From Longimicrobiales bacterium (GTDB lineage: Bacteria; Gemmatimonadota; Gemmatimonadetes; Longimicrobiales; RSA9), in contig DATHVV010000129.1 of NCBI GenBank assembly GCA_035461105.1, positions 18,140 to 82,139 on the forward strand: 64,000 nucleotides of DNA, in the 5' to 3' direction. Shown here one piece after another: positions 27,982-39,096 of this stretch. The position numbers and the translations under genes were made by a program. Under the pieces are notes generated by a model, which worked only from the letters and a program-made list of their open reading frames with translations, made no database searches and was not told the origin of the DNA. How positions within the stretch are numbered: position 1 is the first letter of the stretch; each line of letters opens with the position of its first letter.

Positions 27982-28525
27982 GGCCGACCTCCGGCACGAG
28001 CGCGTCGGCCGCGTGGTAGGCGGGGTGCTTCGCCAGGCCGTAGCCGATGCTGACGCGCCCGGGCTGGTCATACTGGAAGACGCGACGCCCGAGGGCGCTC
28101 TGGCCCGGGACTGGGCGGAGCGCGCGCTGGGCGAAGCCCGGGTGTGGCCCGCTGGATCCGGTGGCGCGGGGCTGGTCGCCCACCCGGCGAACAAGACGGT
28201 GCTGCTGCTCGCGCCCGTCCACGCGCCGCTGCTGCCGCTCGGCGACCTCTATGCCTCCCAGGTCGAGGCCCTGGCCGGGGCGTGGAGTGCGCCTCCCGAC
28301 GTCGCGGCGCTGGCCGAAGCGGCAGGCGGGATCGCCATGCTGGATGGGGCGCTCCAGCGCTGGCTGGAGAGGGGGCAGGGCCCGGAGCCGGCGTTCCGCC
28401 TGCTCGGGACCGCGCTGGCCGCCCGGCTCGAGGCGCTGCTGGCGCGGAACCGGGCCGCCCGCTGGCGTCCCGGACTGGTGCCCAAGCTCGGGGCACGCAC
28501 GCTCGGGGTGGACCTCTTCGAGTGA
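27974..28525 (+). CDS. NAD+ synthetase (NadE)-like domain protein with degenerate PP-loop
   Basis: Trimmed to the ATG at 27974 (ATGGCTGA overlap with the upstream gene). 183 aa. ...GLVILEDATPEGALARDWAE... sits where NadE has SGGxDS, and ...HPANKTVLLLAP...LLPLGDLYASQVEALA... resembles the NadE core. Confidence 0.65.
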   Translation: MAEADLRHERVGRVVGGVLRQAVADADAPGLVILEDATPEGALARDWAERALGEARVWPAGSGGAGLVAHPANKTVLLLAPVHAPLLPLGDLYASQVEALAGAWSAPPDVAALAEAAGGIAMLDGALQRWLERGQGPEPAFRLLGTALAARLEALLARNRAARWRPGLVPKLGARTLGVDLFE

Positions 28526-28629
28526 GCGAGTGGCTGTTTCCGGCCGGAGATTTGCTTCTGGTGGGCGACGGCCAGGCTGCACGCGGCAGCCGCAGATCGC
28601 AAACCTGATCTTCACTGGAGGTGGTGGAT

Positions 28630-29001
28630 ATGAACGACCGGGACAGGACGGATCTTTGGACCGCGGTCGCGATCGGCGCCGTCGTCGGCATCGGCGCGGC
28701 GCTGCTGCTGCGTGCCGAGGATGAGCCACGCGTCGCGAAAATGATGAAGGGGCTCAAGCCGCTGCAGAAGAAGGCCGGCCGCGCCGTGCGCGGCGCCCGC
28801 CGCGAGCTCGCCCGGCACGCGTCGGATCTGGGCGACACCGGCGAAGACCTGCTCAAGGACGGAGCGCGCTCGCTGCGCGCGCTGCGCAAGGATGCGGCGA
28901 AGATCGTCGCTGAGGCGCGCGAGGAGCTCGAGGACATGGCCGAGAGCGGCCTGAAGCAGGCCCGTCGCACTGCGAAGCGGACCCGGCGGCGGTTCGCCTG
29001 A
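28630..29001 (+). CDS. YtxH-like membrane-anchored coiled-coil (stress) protein
   Basis: ATG at 28630 preceded by GGAGG 8 nt upstream. N-terminal TM segment (LWTAVAIGAVVGIGAALLL) followed by a charged helical region. Confidence 0.68.
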   Translation: MNDRDRTDLWTAVAIGAVVGIGAALLLRAEDEPRVAKMMKGLKPLQKKAGRAVRGARRELARHASDLGDTGEDLLKDGARSLRALRKDAAKIVAEAREELEDMAESGLKQARRTAKRTRRRFA

Positions 29002-29014
29002 GTCAGCGCGGGTA

Positions 29015-29944
29015 GTGCGCGCGAAGCGGCTCAGCCTCCTGGGCGCGCTGGGCTGCGCGCTGCTGCTGCTGGGCTTCCTGCCCGACGCGGCGGCGGCGTT
29101 CGGCCCGGCTACGCACATCTACATCGGCCGCCACCTGCTCGACGTGCTGGCGCTGGTGCCGGACACCGTCGGCGCGCTGTTGCGCGCCTACCCGCAGAGC
29201 TTCCTGTACGGCTCGGTCGCCGCCGACATCTCGTTCGCGAAGAAATATGTCCCCGCCGGCCGGCACTGCCACTTCTGGCACGTCGGCGAGGAGATCCTGG
29301 AAGCGGCGGAGAACGATCGGCTGCGCGCGGTCGCCTACGGCTACCTGAGCCACCTGGCTGCCGACACCATCGCCCACAACTTCTTCGTGCCCCGCCAGCT
29401 ACTGCTTACCAGCAGTACCAAGGCGCTCGGCCACGGCTACTGGGAGCATCGCCTCGACACCCAGCTGGGCGAGCCGTTCGGCAACATCGCGCGCGAGGTG
29501 GTGCTCGAGTACGATCACTCCGAGGCCGACCACCTCTTCGATTCCGTGCTGAGCGGGACGATCTTCTCGTTCGAGACGAACCGGCGAATCTTCCGGGGCA
29601 TGATCCGGGCGCAGGACAACGATCGCTGGAAGGCGATCTTCGACCGGGTGCTGCAGAACTCGCGCTGGGACCTGGCCCCCGAGACGATCGACGAGTACAC
29701 GGCCCTCGCCTTCGATTTCGTGGTCGACTACCTCCAGCGCGGACGCGATTCGGTCGCCGCCGGATTCGATCCCGTCGGCGACTTCAATCTCACGCTCGCC
29801 AAGAAGGTCCGTCGGCTGGCGCTGCGCGAGGGGAAGCTGACCCGCCCCGATGTGCTGCGCGACCTGGCGAACGACTTCTTCCCCCTGCCCCGCCCCGAGC
29901 TCGGGCACTGGCAGCGGCGCCAGTACGCGACGAACGGGCGCTGA
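29015..29944 (+). CDS. secreted zinc-dependent phospholipase C-like family protein
   Basis: 309 aa. Signal peptide (LLGALGCALLLLGFLPDAAAAF) followed by His-rich motifs GPATHIYIG...YGSVAADI...HLAADTIAHNF. Confidence 0.7.
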   Translation: MRAKRLSLLGALGCALLLLGFLPDAAAAFGPATHIYIGRHLLDVLALVPDTVGALLRAYPQSFLYGSVAADISFAKKYVPAGRHCHFWHVGEEILEAAENDRLRAVAYGYLSHLAADTIAHNFFVPRQLLLTSSTKALGHGYWEHRLDTQLGEPFGNIAREVVLEYDHSEADHLFDSVLSGTIFSFETNRRIFRGMIRAQDNDRWKAIFDRVLQNSRWDLAPETIDEYTALAFDFVVDYLQRGRDSVAAGFDPVGDFNLTLAKKVRRLALREGKLTRPDVLRDLANDFFPLPRPELGHWQRRQYATNGR

Positions 29945-29947
29945 GGT

Positions 29948-31366
29948 TCACTCCTCGAGTCGTATCCGCAGCAGCTCGGTGAGGCGCTGCGGGTCGGCGC
30001 GCCCGCCCGACAGGCGCATGACCCGTCCCACGAAGAAGTCGAAGAGCCGGTTCTCGCCGGCACGGTAGCGACGCACTTGCTCGCCGTGCGCGCGCAGCGC
30101 CTCCTCGATCCATCCGCCCAGCGCGCGCGGGTCCCCGATCTGCGTCCAGCCCCGCTCCTCCACGATGTCCGCCGGCTCGCAGCCCGTGGCCGCCGCCTCC
30201 GCGAAGACGAGGCGCGCGAGGCGTCCGGAGACGCGACCGCTCTCGACCAGGGCGATGAGCCGGGCCAGGCGCTCCGGCGGCATCGGAAAGCCGCAGTCCT
30301 GACCGCGCTCGTTGCGCCACGCCAGGACCTCGGTCATGACCCAGTTCGCGGCCAGCTTGGGGTTGCCGCCGGCGGCCGCCACCGCCTCGAAGTGCTCGGC
30401 AACGGACCGGTCGGCGACGAGCACCTCCGCATCGTACGCCGACAGGCCGAACCGCTCCCGCAACCGGCGCTCGCGCGCGTCGGGCAGCTCCGGGAGCCCG
30501 GCCGCGATGCGCGCCACATCGGCCGGGGGCACCTGCAGCGGCGGCAGGTCAGGCTCCGGGAAGTAGCGGTACTCGTCGAGCTGCTCCTTGGAGCGCAGGC
30601 CGCGCGTCGTGCCTGCCTCCGCGTCCCAGAGCAGCGTCTCGCTCGCGATCGTGCCGCCCGCCTCCCGGATGCGCGTCTGCCGAGCGATCTCGTAGCGGAG
30701 CGCCCGCTCCACGTGCGCGAACGAGTTCAGGTTCTTGACCTCGGTCTTGCTGCCCAGGCTCTGATCACCGGCCCTGCGCACCGACACGTTCACGTCCACG
30801 CGCAGGTGGCCTTTCTCCAGGTCGCAGTCACTCACCTCCAGGTACTCGAGGAGGCGACGCAGCCGCGTCAGGAAGTGACGCGCCGCGGCGGCTTCGCGCA
30901 GGTCCGGCTCGGTCACGATCTCGATCAGCGCGACGCCGGCACGGTTCAGGTCGATCGCCGTCCGATGCGGGAAACGGTCGTGGTGCGAGCGTCCGGCATC
31001 CTCCTCGAGGTGCACGCGCCGGATCCGCACCGGCGCCTCGCCCCAGTCGGTGCGGCCGGCCACCGCGAGCGGCCTCTCGAGCTGCGTGATCTGATATCCC
31101 TTGGGCAGGTCCGGATAGAAGTAGTTCTTGCGCTCGAAGCCGCTCTCGCGCCGTACCGTGCAGCCGAGCCCGAGCGCGGCGCGCACGGCCAGCTCCACCG
31201 CGCCGCGGTTGAGCACCGGCAGCGACCCGGGCAGACCGAGGCAGACCGGGCAGACGCGCGTGTTGGACGGCGCCTCGAAATCGACGGCGTCACCGCAGAA
31301 CAGCTTCGTGCGGGTGAGCAGCTGCACGTGGATCTCCAGCCCGATGACAGCCTCCCAGCCGCTCAC
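29948..31366 (-). CDS. gatB: Asp-tRNA(Asn)/Glu-tRNA(Gln) amidotransferase subunit B
   Basis: Trimmed to the GTG at 31366, which overlaps the gatA stop (GTGA): VSGWEAVIGLEIHVQLLTRTKLFCG... The ATG at 31420 would overlap gatA by 58 nt. Confidence 0.95.
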   Translation of the reverse strand: MSGWEAVIGLEIHVQLLTRTKLFCGDAVDFEAPSNTRVCPVCLGLPGSLPVLNRGAVELAVRAALGLGCTVRRESGFERKNYFYPDLPKGYQITQLERPLAVAGRTDWGEAPVRIRRVHLEEDAGRSHHDRFPHRTAIDLNRAGVALIEIVTEPDLREAAAARHFLTRLRRLLEYLEVSDCDLEKGHLRVDVNVSVRRAGDQSLGSKTEVKNLNSFAHVERALRYEIARQTRIREAGGTIASETLLWDAEAGTTRGLRSKEQLDEYRYFPEPDLPPLQVPPADVARIAAGLPELPDARERRLRERFGLSAYDAEVLVADRSVAEHFEAVAAAGGNPKLAANWVMTEVLAWRNERGQDCGFPMPPERLARLIALVESGRVSGRLARLVFAEAAATGCEPADIVEERGWTQIGDPRALGGWIEEALRAHGEQVRRYRAGENRLFDFFVGRVMRLSGGRADPQRLTELLRIRLEE

Positions 31367-32802
31367 GGGTAGCTCCGCTCGAGGGCGCGTGCGGCGCGCA
31401 GCATGTCGGCCTCGCGCCACCAGCGCGCGATGAACTGGCCACCCACGGGCAGCGCCCCGACGCGCCCGATCGGCAGCGATATCGCGGGCAGCGCCGCCAG
31501 GCTGGACGGCGTAACGAACACGTCGGCCAGGTACATCTCGTATGGGTTTGCGGTCTTCTCGCCGAACCGGAACGCGGGCGCCGGCGCGGTCGGTGCGAAC
31601 AGCACGTCGATGCCGGTGTCGAACGCCCGCTTGAAATCATCCGCGATCAGCCCGCGCACCTGCTGAGCGCGCCCGTAGTGCCGCTCGTGGTAACCGGACG
31701 CGAGGATGTAGCTGCCGAGCATAATGCGCCGCTTCACCTCGGCGCCGAAACCGCGCGAGCGGCTCAGCTCGTACACGTCCGTCGTCGATGCCGCGTCCGG
31801 CGCTCGCTCACCGAAGCGCACGCCGTCGAAGCGGGCCAGGTTGCTGGAAGCCTCGGCCGGCGCGAGCACGTAGTAGGTCGGGATCGCGTGCCGGGTGTGC
31901 GGCAGCGAGACGTCGCGGATCACGGCCCCGAGTGCGCGCAGCCGATCGAGTGCGTCGTGGCAGTGCGCGGCGACACCGGCGTCGAGCTCCTCCGGGAAGT
32001 ACTCGCGCGGCACGCCGATTACGAGATCCGCGATCGAGTCACGGGTGTCCTCGAGCTCCGCCGGGTCGCGCTCGCTCGCGGTCGCATCGCGCGGATCCGC
32101 GCCCGCGACGACGCGCAACAGGAGCGCCGCATCGGCCACGTTCGCGGCGATCGGGCCGACCTGGTCGAGCGACGAGGAGAATGCGATCAGCCCGTACCGG
32201 CTCACCCGCCCGTAGGTAGGTCGCACGCCGACCACGCCGCACAGCGCGGCCGGCTGCCGCACCGAGCCGCTCGTCTCCGAGCCGAGCGAGACCGGCACCA
32301 GGCCGGCCGCGACCGCGGCCGCCGAGCCGCCCGAGGAGCCGCCCGGCACGCGTTCCGGATCGTGTGGATTGCGCGTCGGACCGAAGGCCGAGTTCTCGGT
32401 CGATGAGCCCATCGCGAACTCGTCGAGGTTCGTCTTGCCGACGATGATCGCGCCCGCGGCCCGCAGGCGCCGCACCACGGTTGCATCGTAGGGGCTGCGA
32501 TAACGCGCCAGGAAGCGCGACGCGCAGGTAGTCGGAAAGTCGATCGTGCAGAGGTTGTCCTTGATCGCGACCGGTACCCCGGCGAGCGGGCCGCGGCGGG
32601 CGGGCGGCAGCGCATCGACGGCGCGGGCCGCGCTGATCGCCGTTTCGGAATCGAAGGACAGGAATGCGTGCAGCCCGTCCGGGCCCTGCTCCCGAGCGGT
32701 AATCGCCTCGAGCGCCGACTGCACGACTGCCGCGGCACTGATCCGTCCCGCGCGCACCGCCGTCGCGGTCTCGGTCGCCGGACGTGCGTGCAGCGCGCTC
32801 AT
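31363..32802 (-). CDS. gatA: Asp-tRNA(Asn)/Glu-tRNA(Gln) amidotransferase subunit A
   Basis: 479 aa amidase-signature protein (...GGSSGGSAAAVAAG...). Confidence 0.97.
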   Translation of the reverse strand: MSALHARPATETATAVRAGRISAAAVVQSALEAITAREQGPDGLHAFLSFDSETAISAARAVDALPPARRGPLAGVPVAIKDNLCTIDFPTTCASRFLARYRSPYDATVVRRLRAAGAIIVGKTNLDEFAMGSSTENSAFGPTRNPHDPERVPGGSSGGSAAAVAAGLVPVSLGSETSGSVRQPAALCGVVGVRPTYGRVSRYGLIAFSSSLDQVGPIAANVADAALLLRVVAGADPRDATASERDPAELEDTRDSIADLVIGVPREYFPEELDAGVAAHCHDALDRLRALGAVIRDVSLPHTRHAIPTYYVLAPAEASSNLARFDGVRFGERAPDAASTTDVYELSRSRGFGAEVKRRIMLGSYILASGYHERHYGRAQQVRGLIADDFKRAFDTGIDVLFAPTAPAPAFRFGEKTANPYEMYLADVFVTPSSLAALPAISLPIGRVGALPVGGQFIARWWREADMLRAARALERSYP

Positions 32803-33088
32803 GGCGCGAGCACGCGGGGTACCGTGAAGAAACCTTCGCGCCAGGCGGGCGCGATTTCCGCGATCGGCCGGGTGAGCGGGTCGGCGTCGGCGATGTCGCG
32901 GCGCCGTGCCACGGCCGGCTCGAGCGCGAGCGGCGCGGCCTGGTCGGGCTCGACGTCGATCGCGAGCAGCTCCTCGATGTGACCCAGGATGTCGCCCAGT
33001 TGTTGCGCGAGCCGCGCCATCTCGGCGGGTGTGAGTCGCAACCGCGCCAACCGCGCGATCTGCTCCAGCTCGCTCGCGGCGACCGACA

Positions 33089-33092
<4 letters not shown>
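32799..33092 (-). CDS. gatC: Asp-tRNA(Asn)/Glu-tRNA(Gln) amidotransferase subunit C
   Basis: 97 aa. ...ELEQIARLARLRLTPAEMARLAQQLGDILGHIEEL... Shares 4-nt overlaps with both neighbours. Confidence 0.9.
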
Positions 33093-35416
<2,324 letters not shown>

Positions 35417-35446
35417 GGGATCGGAATGGCGGGGAAAGGTACCGCC

Positions 35447-36730
35447 TCAGCGCGTGATGCGCTCCATGCGGGCGTACTCGGCGAGCGCGGGCGGCAGCTG
35501 GATGCTGCCGTCCGCCTGCTGGCCGCTCTCGAGCACCGCGATGAGGGTGCGCGGTAGGCCGGTTCCGGAGCCGTTCAGGGTGTGCGCGAACTCCGGCCGG
35601 GCACCGAGCGCCGGCCGATACCGGATGTTCGCACGGCGCGCCTGGTAGTCGTTGTAGAGCGAGCAGCTCGACACCTCGAGCCAGCGCTGCACGCCGGGTG
35701 CCCACACTTCCAGGTCGTAGGTCTGCGCATTGGCGAAGCCCAGGTCGCCGCCCGCGAGCAGCAGCACCCGGTAGCGCAGGCCGAGCCGCTGCAGCACCGC
35801 CTCGGCGTGTGCGGTCAGCTCCTCGAGCGCCGCGCGACTCGCCTCGGCGCGCTCGAAGCGCATCAGCTCCACCTTGTCGAACTGGTGGACGCGCAGGATG
35901 CCGCGCGTGTCCTTGCCGTGCGAGCCCGCCTCCCTCCGGAAGCAGGGCGTATAGGCGACGTACCGTTTCGGGAGCGCATCCGGCTCCAGCACCTCGCCCG
36001 CGTGCAGGTTCGTTACCGGTACCTCCGCGGTGGGCACCAGGTAGAGCCGGTCCTCAGTCACGAAGTACATGTCGTCCGCGTACTTCGGGAGGTGGCCCGT
36101 GCCGAGCGCGGAGGTCTCGTTCACCAGCAGCGGCGGCGAGAGCTCCGTGTAGCCGTGCTCGCGGGTGTGCATGTCGAGCATCAGGCTGATCAGAGCCCGC
36201 TCGATGCGCGCGCCGGCGCCGACGTAGACGGGAAAGCCGCTGCCGGTGATCTTCGTGCCGCGCGGCAGATCCAGGATGCCCAGGTCCTCGCCCAGCTCCC
36301 AGTGCGGCCGGGGCTGGAAGTCGAAGCTCGGCTCGGGACCCCACTCGCGCACCACCACGTTGGCATCCTCGCCCCCCGGCGGCACCGCCGCCTCCGGCAG
36401 GTTCGGGATGTTGAGCAGCAGGTCGCGAACGCGTGTCTCGATCTGGGTCAGCTCGCCCTCGAGGGCACCCATGCGCTCGCCCACCTCGCGCATGCGCACG
36501 ATCAGCGGCTCCGCCTCCTCGTGGCGACCCTTCGTCTTCAGACGACCGACCTGCGGCGAAACCTCATTGCGCTCCGCACGCAGCGCATCGACCTGGGCGA
36601 TCAGCGCGCCGCGCTGCTCGGCGAGCGCGAGCACCTCCTCGAGCGCCGCCAGCGCCTCCGGCTTGCCGCGTCGCTCGAGGGCCGCGCGCACCCGGTCCGG
36701 AGCCTCCCGGATCACCCTGAGATCTAGCAT
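35447..36730 (-). CDS. serS: seryl-tRNA synthetase
   Basis: 427 aa. N-terminal coiled-coil arm plus a class-II catalytic core. Confidence 0.97.
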   Translation of the reverse strand: MLDLRVIREAPDRVRAALERRGKPEALAALEEVLALAEQRGALIAQVDALRAERNEVSPQVGRLKTKGRHEEAEPLIVRMREVGERMGALEGELTQIETRVRDLLLNIPNLPEAAVPPGGEDANVVVREWGPEPSFDFQPRPHWELGEDLGILDLPRGTKITGSGFPVYVGAGARIERALISLMLDMHTREHGYTELSPPLLVNETSALGTGHLPKYADDMYFVTEDRLYLVPTAEVPVTNLHAGEVLEPDALPKRYVAYTPCFRREAGSHGKDTRGILRVHQFDKVELMRFERAEASRAALEELTAHAEAVLQRLGLRYRVLLLAGGDLGFANAQTYDLEVWAPGVQRWLEVSSCSLYNDYQARRANIRYRPALGARPEFAHTLNGSGTGLPRTLIAVLESGQQADGSIQLPPALAEYARMERITR

Positions 36731-36737
36731 GGCGTGG

Positions 36738-37328
36738 TCAGTCCGGCGGGATCAGCGAGCGGTCCGCGCAGTACGGGTTGTTCACCGTCTCGACCCGGGC
36801 CCGACCTGCCGCAACGTCGATCTCGATGGCCCGCAGCTTCGCATAATGGACGCCGGTGCCCGTGCCGTCCGCGCACAAGGCCGCGCGGGTTCGCACCACG
36901 TACACGACATCGCCGCTCAGAGCCACCGGCTCGCGGCTGTACAGCATGCTGTCGCCGGGGGCCTGCCGCAGCTCGGTGAACGAGGTGTTGGTCAACACCG
37001 TGATCGCGGCGCGCGAGCTGGCGTGACCCGGGAAGTAGCTCGCCGGCGCCAGCGCCAGGCCCTCCGTGCCGTCCATCAGCACGACATCCCATGCGCCGAT
37101 GGCGGCCGCCGATTCGATCTCCAGCGCGAACGGCGGCTCGCCGGCCAGGTCCAGCGCGGCCGGCCGCCCCTGCAGCTCCACGCGCGACGCCGACCACACT
37201 TCCAGCGTGTCCGGTACCGCCGACCATGTGCGCGGCCCGAACGGGTCATCGCACGCGCCCGTCGAGAGCACGATCATGCACAGCGCCAGCAGGCCCGACC
37301 CGCGCATGCCCCAATCTCCGATTCGCAT
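36738..37328 (-). CDS. hypothetical lipoprotein
   Basis: Trimmed to the ATG at 37328, or alternatively 37307 (MRGSGLLALCMIVLSTGACDDP...). Signal peptide with a lipobox-like ...TGAC. No recognisable family. Confidence 0.55.
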   Translation of the reverse strand: MRIGDWGMRGSGLLALCMIVLSTGACDDPFGPRTWSAVPDTLEVWSASRVELQGRPAALDLAGEPPFALEIESAAAIGAWDVVLMDGTEGLALAPASYFPGHASSRAAITVLTNTSFTELRQAPGDSMLYSREPVALSGDVVYVVRTRAALCADGTGTGVHYAKLRAIEIDVAAGRARVETVNNPYCADRSLIPPD

Positions 37329-37506
37329 TCGCAACCTCAAGTAAACCGTGAGGATAAGCACCGACCGCGAGCCCGAGCAAGGGCGCGCATGTCGAACGTG
37401 TCGCGGTCGCCCGCCGTCGGCGCGTCGGCGGCGCTCGCCCGCCGGACGCCGCCGCAGCGCGCCCGTCTCCCGGAGCGCCGGCAGTCGCTCAAGTCCCGAT
37501 ATCGCA

Positions 37507-37535
37507 TTGACTTCGGGCTGCCCTCGCGGTACACT
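37507..37535 (+). promoter_or_regulatory. sigma-70-type promoter for the response-regulator/nucleotide-sugar operon
   Basis: TTGACT (37507-37512), a 17-nt spacer, then TACACT (37530-37535), about 120 nt upstream of the ATG at 37656. Confidence 0.55.
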
Positions 37536-37655
37536 GTCCGCGCCACCGCGGGAGGCGCACGCGCACGGGCAGGCCACGTCGCAGGGCATGATTTTGGCAA
37601 AGGGGCGCCACATCAGGCCGGGACACGGCGTCTGATCACCCGAACCCGCCAGCGC

Positions 37656-38051
37656 ATGTCACCGCACTCGCCGGCAGACGCTCAACGCCACGTGCTCGTG
37701 ATCGACGACGAGCCGTACATCGGGCGCATCATCCAGCTAAAGCTGGAGCACGGCCCCTACGCGGTGGAGGTGTACCAGGACGGCGCGGCTGCGCTCGACC
37801 GGCTTCGTACCGAGCGACCGGTCGATTTGATCCTGCTGGACATCATGATGCCGCACATGAACGGGTTCGAGGTGCTGAGCGAGCTCCGGCAGCTGCCCGG
37901 GCACGAGCAGACGCCGGTCATCATGCTGACGGCGAAGGGTCACGCGACGGACCGGGAGCAGGCGGCGTCGCTCGGCGCGTCGGACTTCCTGACGAAGCCC
38001 TTCAGCCCCAAGAAGCTGCTTGCCCGCATCGACGAGATCTTCACCAGCTGA
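37656..38051 (+). CDS. single-domain (CheY-like) response regulator
   Basis: Trimmed to the ATG at 37656, 131 aa. VLVIDDEPY...DLILLDIMMP...MLTAKG...KPF retains all receiver-domain acidic, Thr and Lys positions. Confidence 0.9.
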   Translation: MSPHSPADAQRHVLVIDDEPYIGRIIQLKLEHGPYAVEVYQDGAAALDRLRTERPVDLILLDIMMPHMNGFEVLSELRQLPGHEQTPVIMLTAKGHATDREQAASLGASDFLTKPFSPKKLLARIDEIFTS

Positions 38052-39096
38052 CCATTTCTGGGTCGTGATCCTGGCGGGCGGCGTCGGCTCGCGTTTCTGG
38101 CCGGTGAGCACTCCCGCGCGGCCGAAGCAGGTGCTGCCGCTCGCGGGTGCGGAGCCGCTCATCCGGCAGACCGTCGAGCGTATCCTGCCGCTCGTTCCGC
38201 CCGCACGGATCCGGGTCCTCACCGGCGCCCATCTGGGCGCGCCGATCCTGGCGGCCGCGCCGCAACTCGGCACGGACAGCCTGCTGCTCGAGCCGCGCGC
38301 GCGGGGCACCGCGCCGGCGCTGGCGTGGGCGGCCCACGCGCTGGTCCGGCACGATCCGGCTGCGGTCATGATCTCGCTGCACGCGGACCACGTGATCGCG
38401 CCTGCGGACGCGTTCCGAGCGCTGCTGGCGGAAGCGGCGGAGCTGAGCGTCCGGCACCAGCGTCTGTTCACGATCGGCGCGTCTCCCACCAGACCGGAAA
38501 CGGGCTATGGCTACATCCGTCCCGGTGACGCGCTCGAGCCGGGATCCGCCGCCCGTACGGTCGCGGCTTTCGTCGAGAAGCCGGACGCCCCCACGGCGGC
38601 TCGATACATCGCGGAGGGCTGCCTCTGGAACACCGGCCTCTTCGTCTGGCCGGCCGCGCTGTTGCTCGAGGAGCTGTGCGCGCACACGCCCGAGCTGGCC
38701 GCGCTGCTGTCGCTGCTCGACGCGGGTGATGATGCCGGGTTCTTCGAGCGGGCTCCCGAGCTGACCATCGATGTCGGGCTGCTGGAGCGGACCGACCGGG
38801 TCGCGGTGCTGCCGGCGACGTTCGCCTGGGATGATGTCGGCGCCTGGGACGCCGTCGCCCGCACCCGCACGGCGGACGTCGCCGGGAATGTCACGGTGGG
38901 CAGCGTGCACGCGGTGCAGGCCCGCGATTGCGTCGTCTGGGCGGAGGAAGGGATGGTCGTGCTGTTCGACGTCGCCGATCTGGTCGTCGTGCGCGCCAAC
39001 GGCATAACCCTGGTCGCGCCGAAGGCCCGGGCGGCCGACCTCAAGCAGCTGCTCGAGGCCCTGCCGCCCGGGCTGGCAGGCGGGGGCTCCGGATGA
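38020..39096 (+). CDS. mannose-1-phosphate guanylyltransferase-like nucleotidyltransferase
   Basis: 358 aa. ...VVILAGGVGSRFWPVSTPARPKQVLPL...GYGYI... The ATG at 38020 overlaps the regulator by 32 nt. A GTG at 38065 is an alternative start. Confidence 0.82.
   Translation: MPASTRSSPADHFWVVILAGGVGSRFWPVSTPARPKQVLPLAGAEPLIRQTVERILPLVPPARIRVLTGAHLGAPILAAAPQLGTDSLLLEPRARGTAPALAWAAHALVRHDPAAVMISLHADHVIAPADAFRALLAEAAELSVRHQRLFTIGASPTRPETGYGYIRPGDALEPGSAARTVAAFVEKPDAPTAARYIAEGCLWNTGLFVWPAALLLEELCAHTPELAALLSLLDAGDDAGFFERAPELTIDVGLLERTDRVAVLPATFAWDDVGAWDAVARTRTADVAGNVTVGSVHAVQARDCVVWAEEGMVVLFDVADLVVVRANGITLVAPKARAADLKQLLEALPPGLAGGGSG

Noticed and set aside
37536-37655. Possible riboswitch in the ~115-nt leader of the response-regulator operon (a vague resemblance of CGCACGGGCA...GGCAAAGGGG to c-di-GMP-I elements).
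   Set aside because: The key conserved segments I remember for that class, such as ACGCAAAGC and the GAAA tetraloop/receptor arrangement, are absent. I could not draw a convincing conserved fold by eye.
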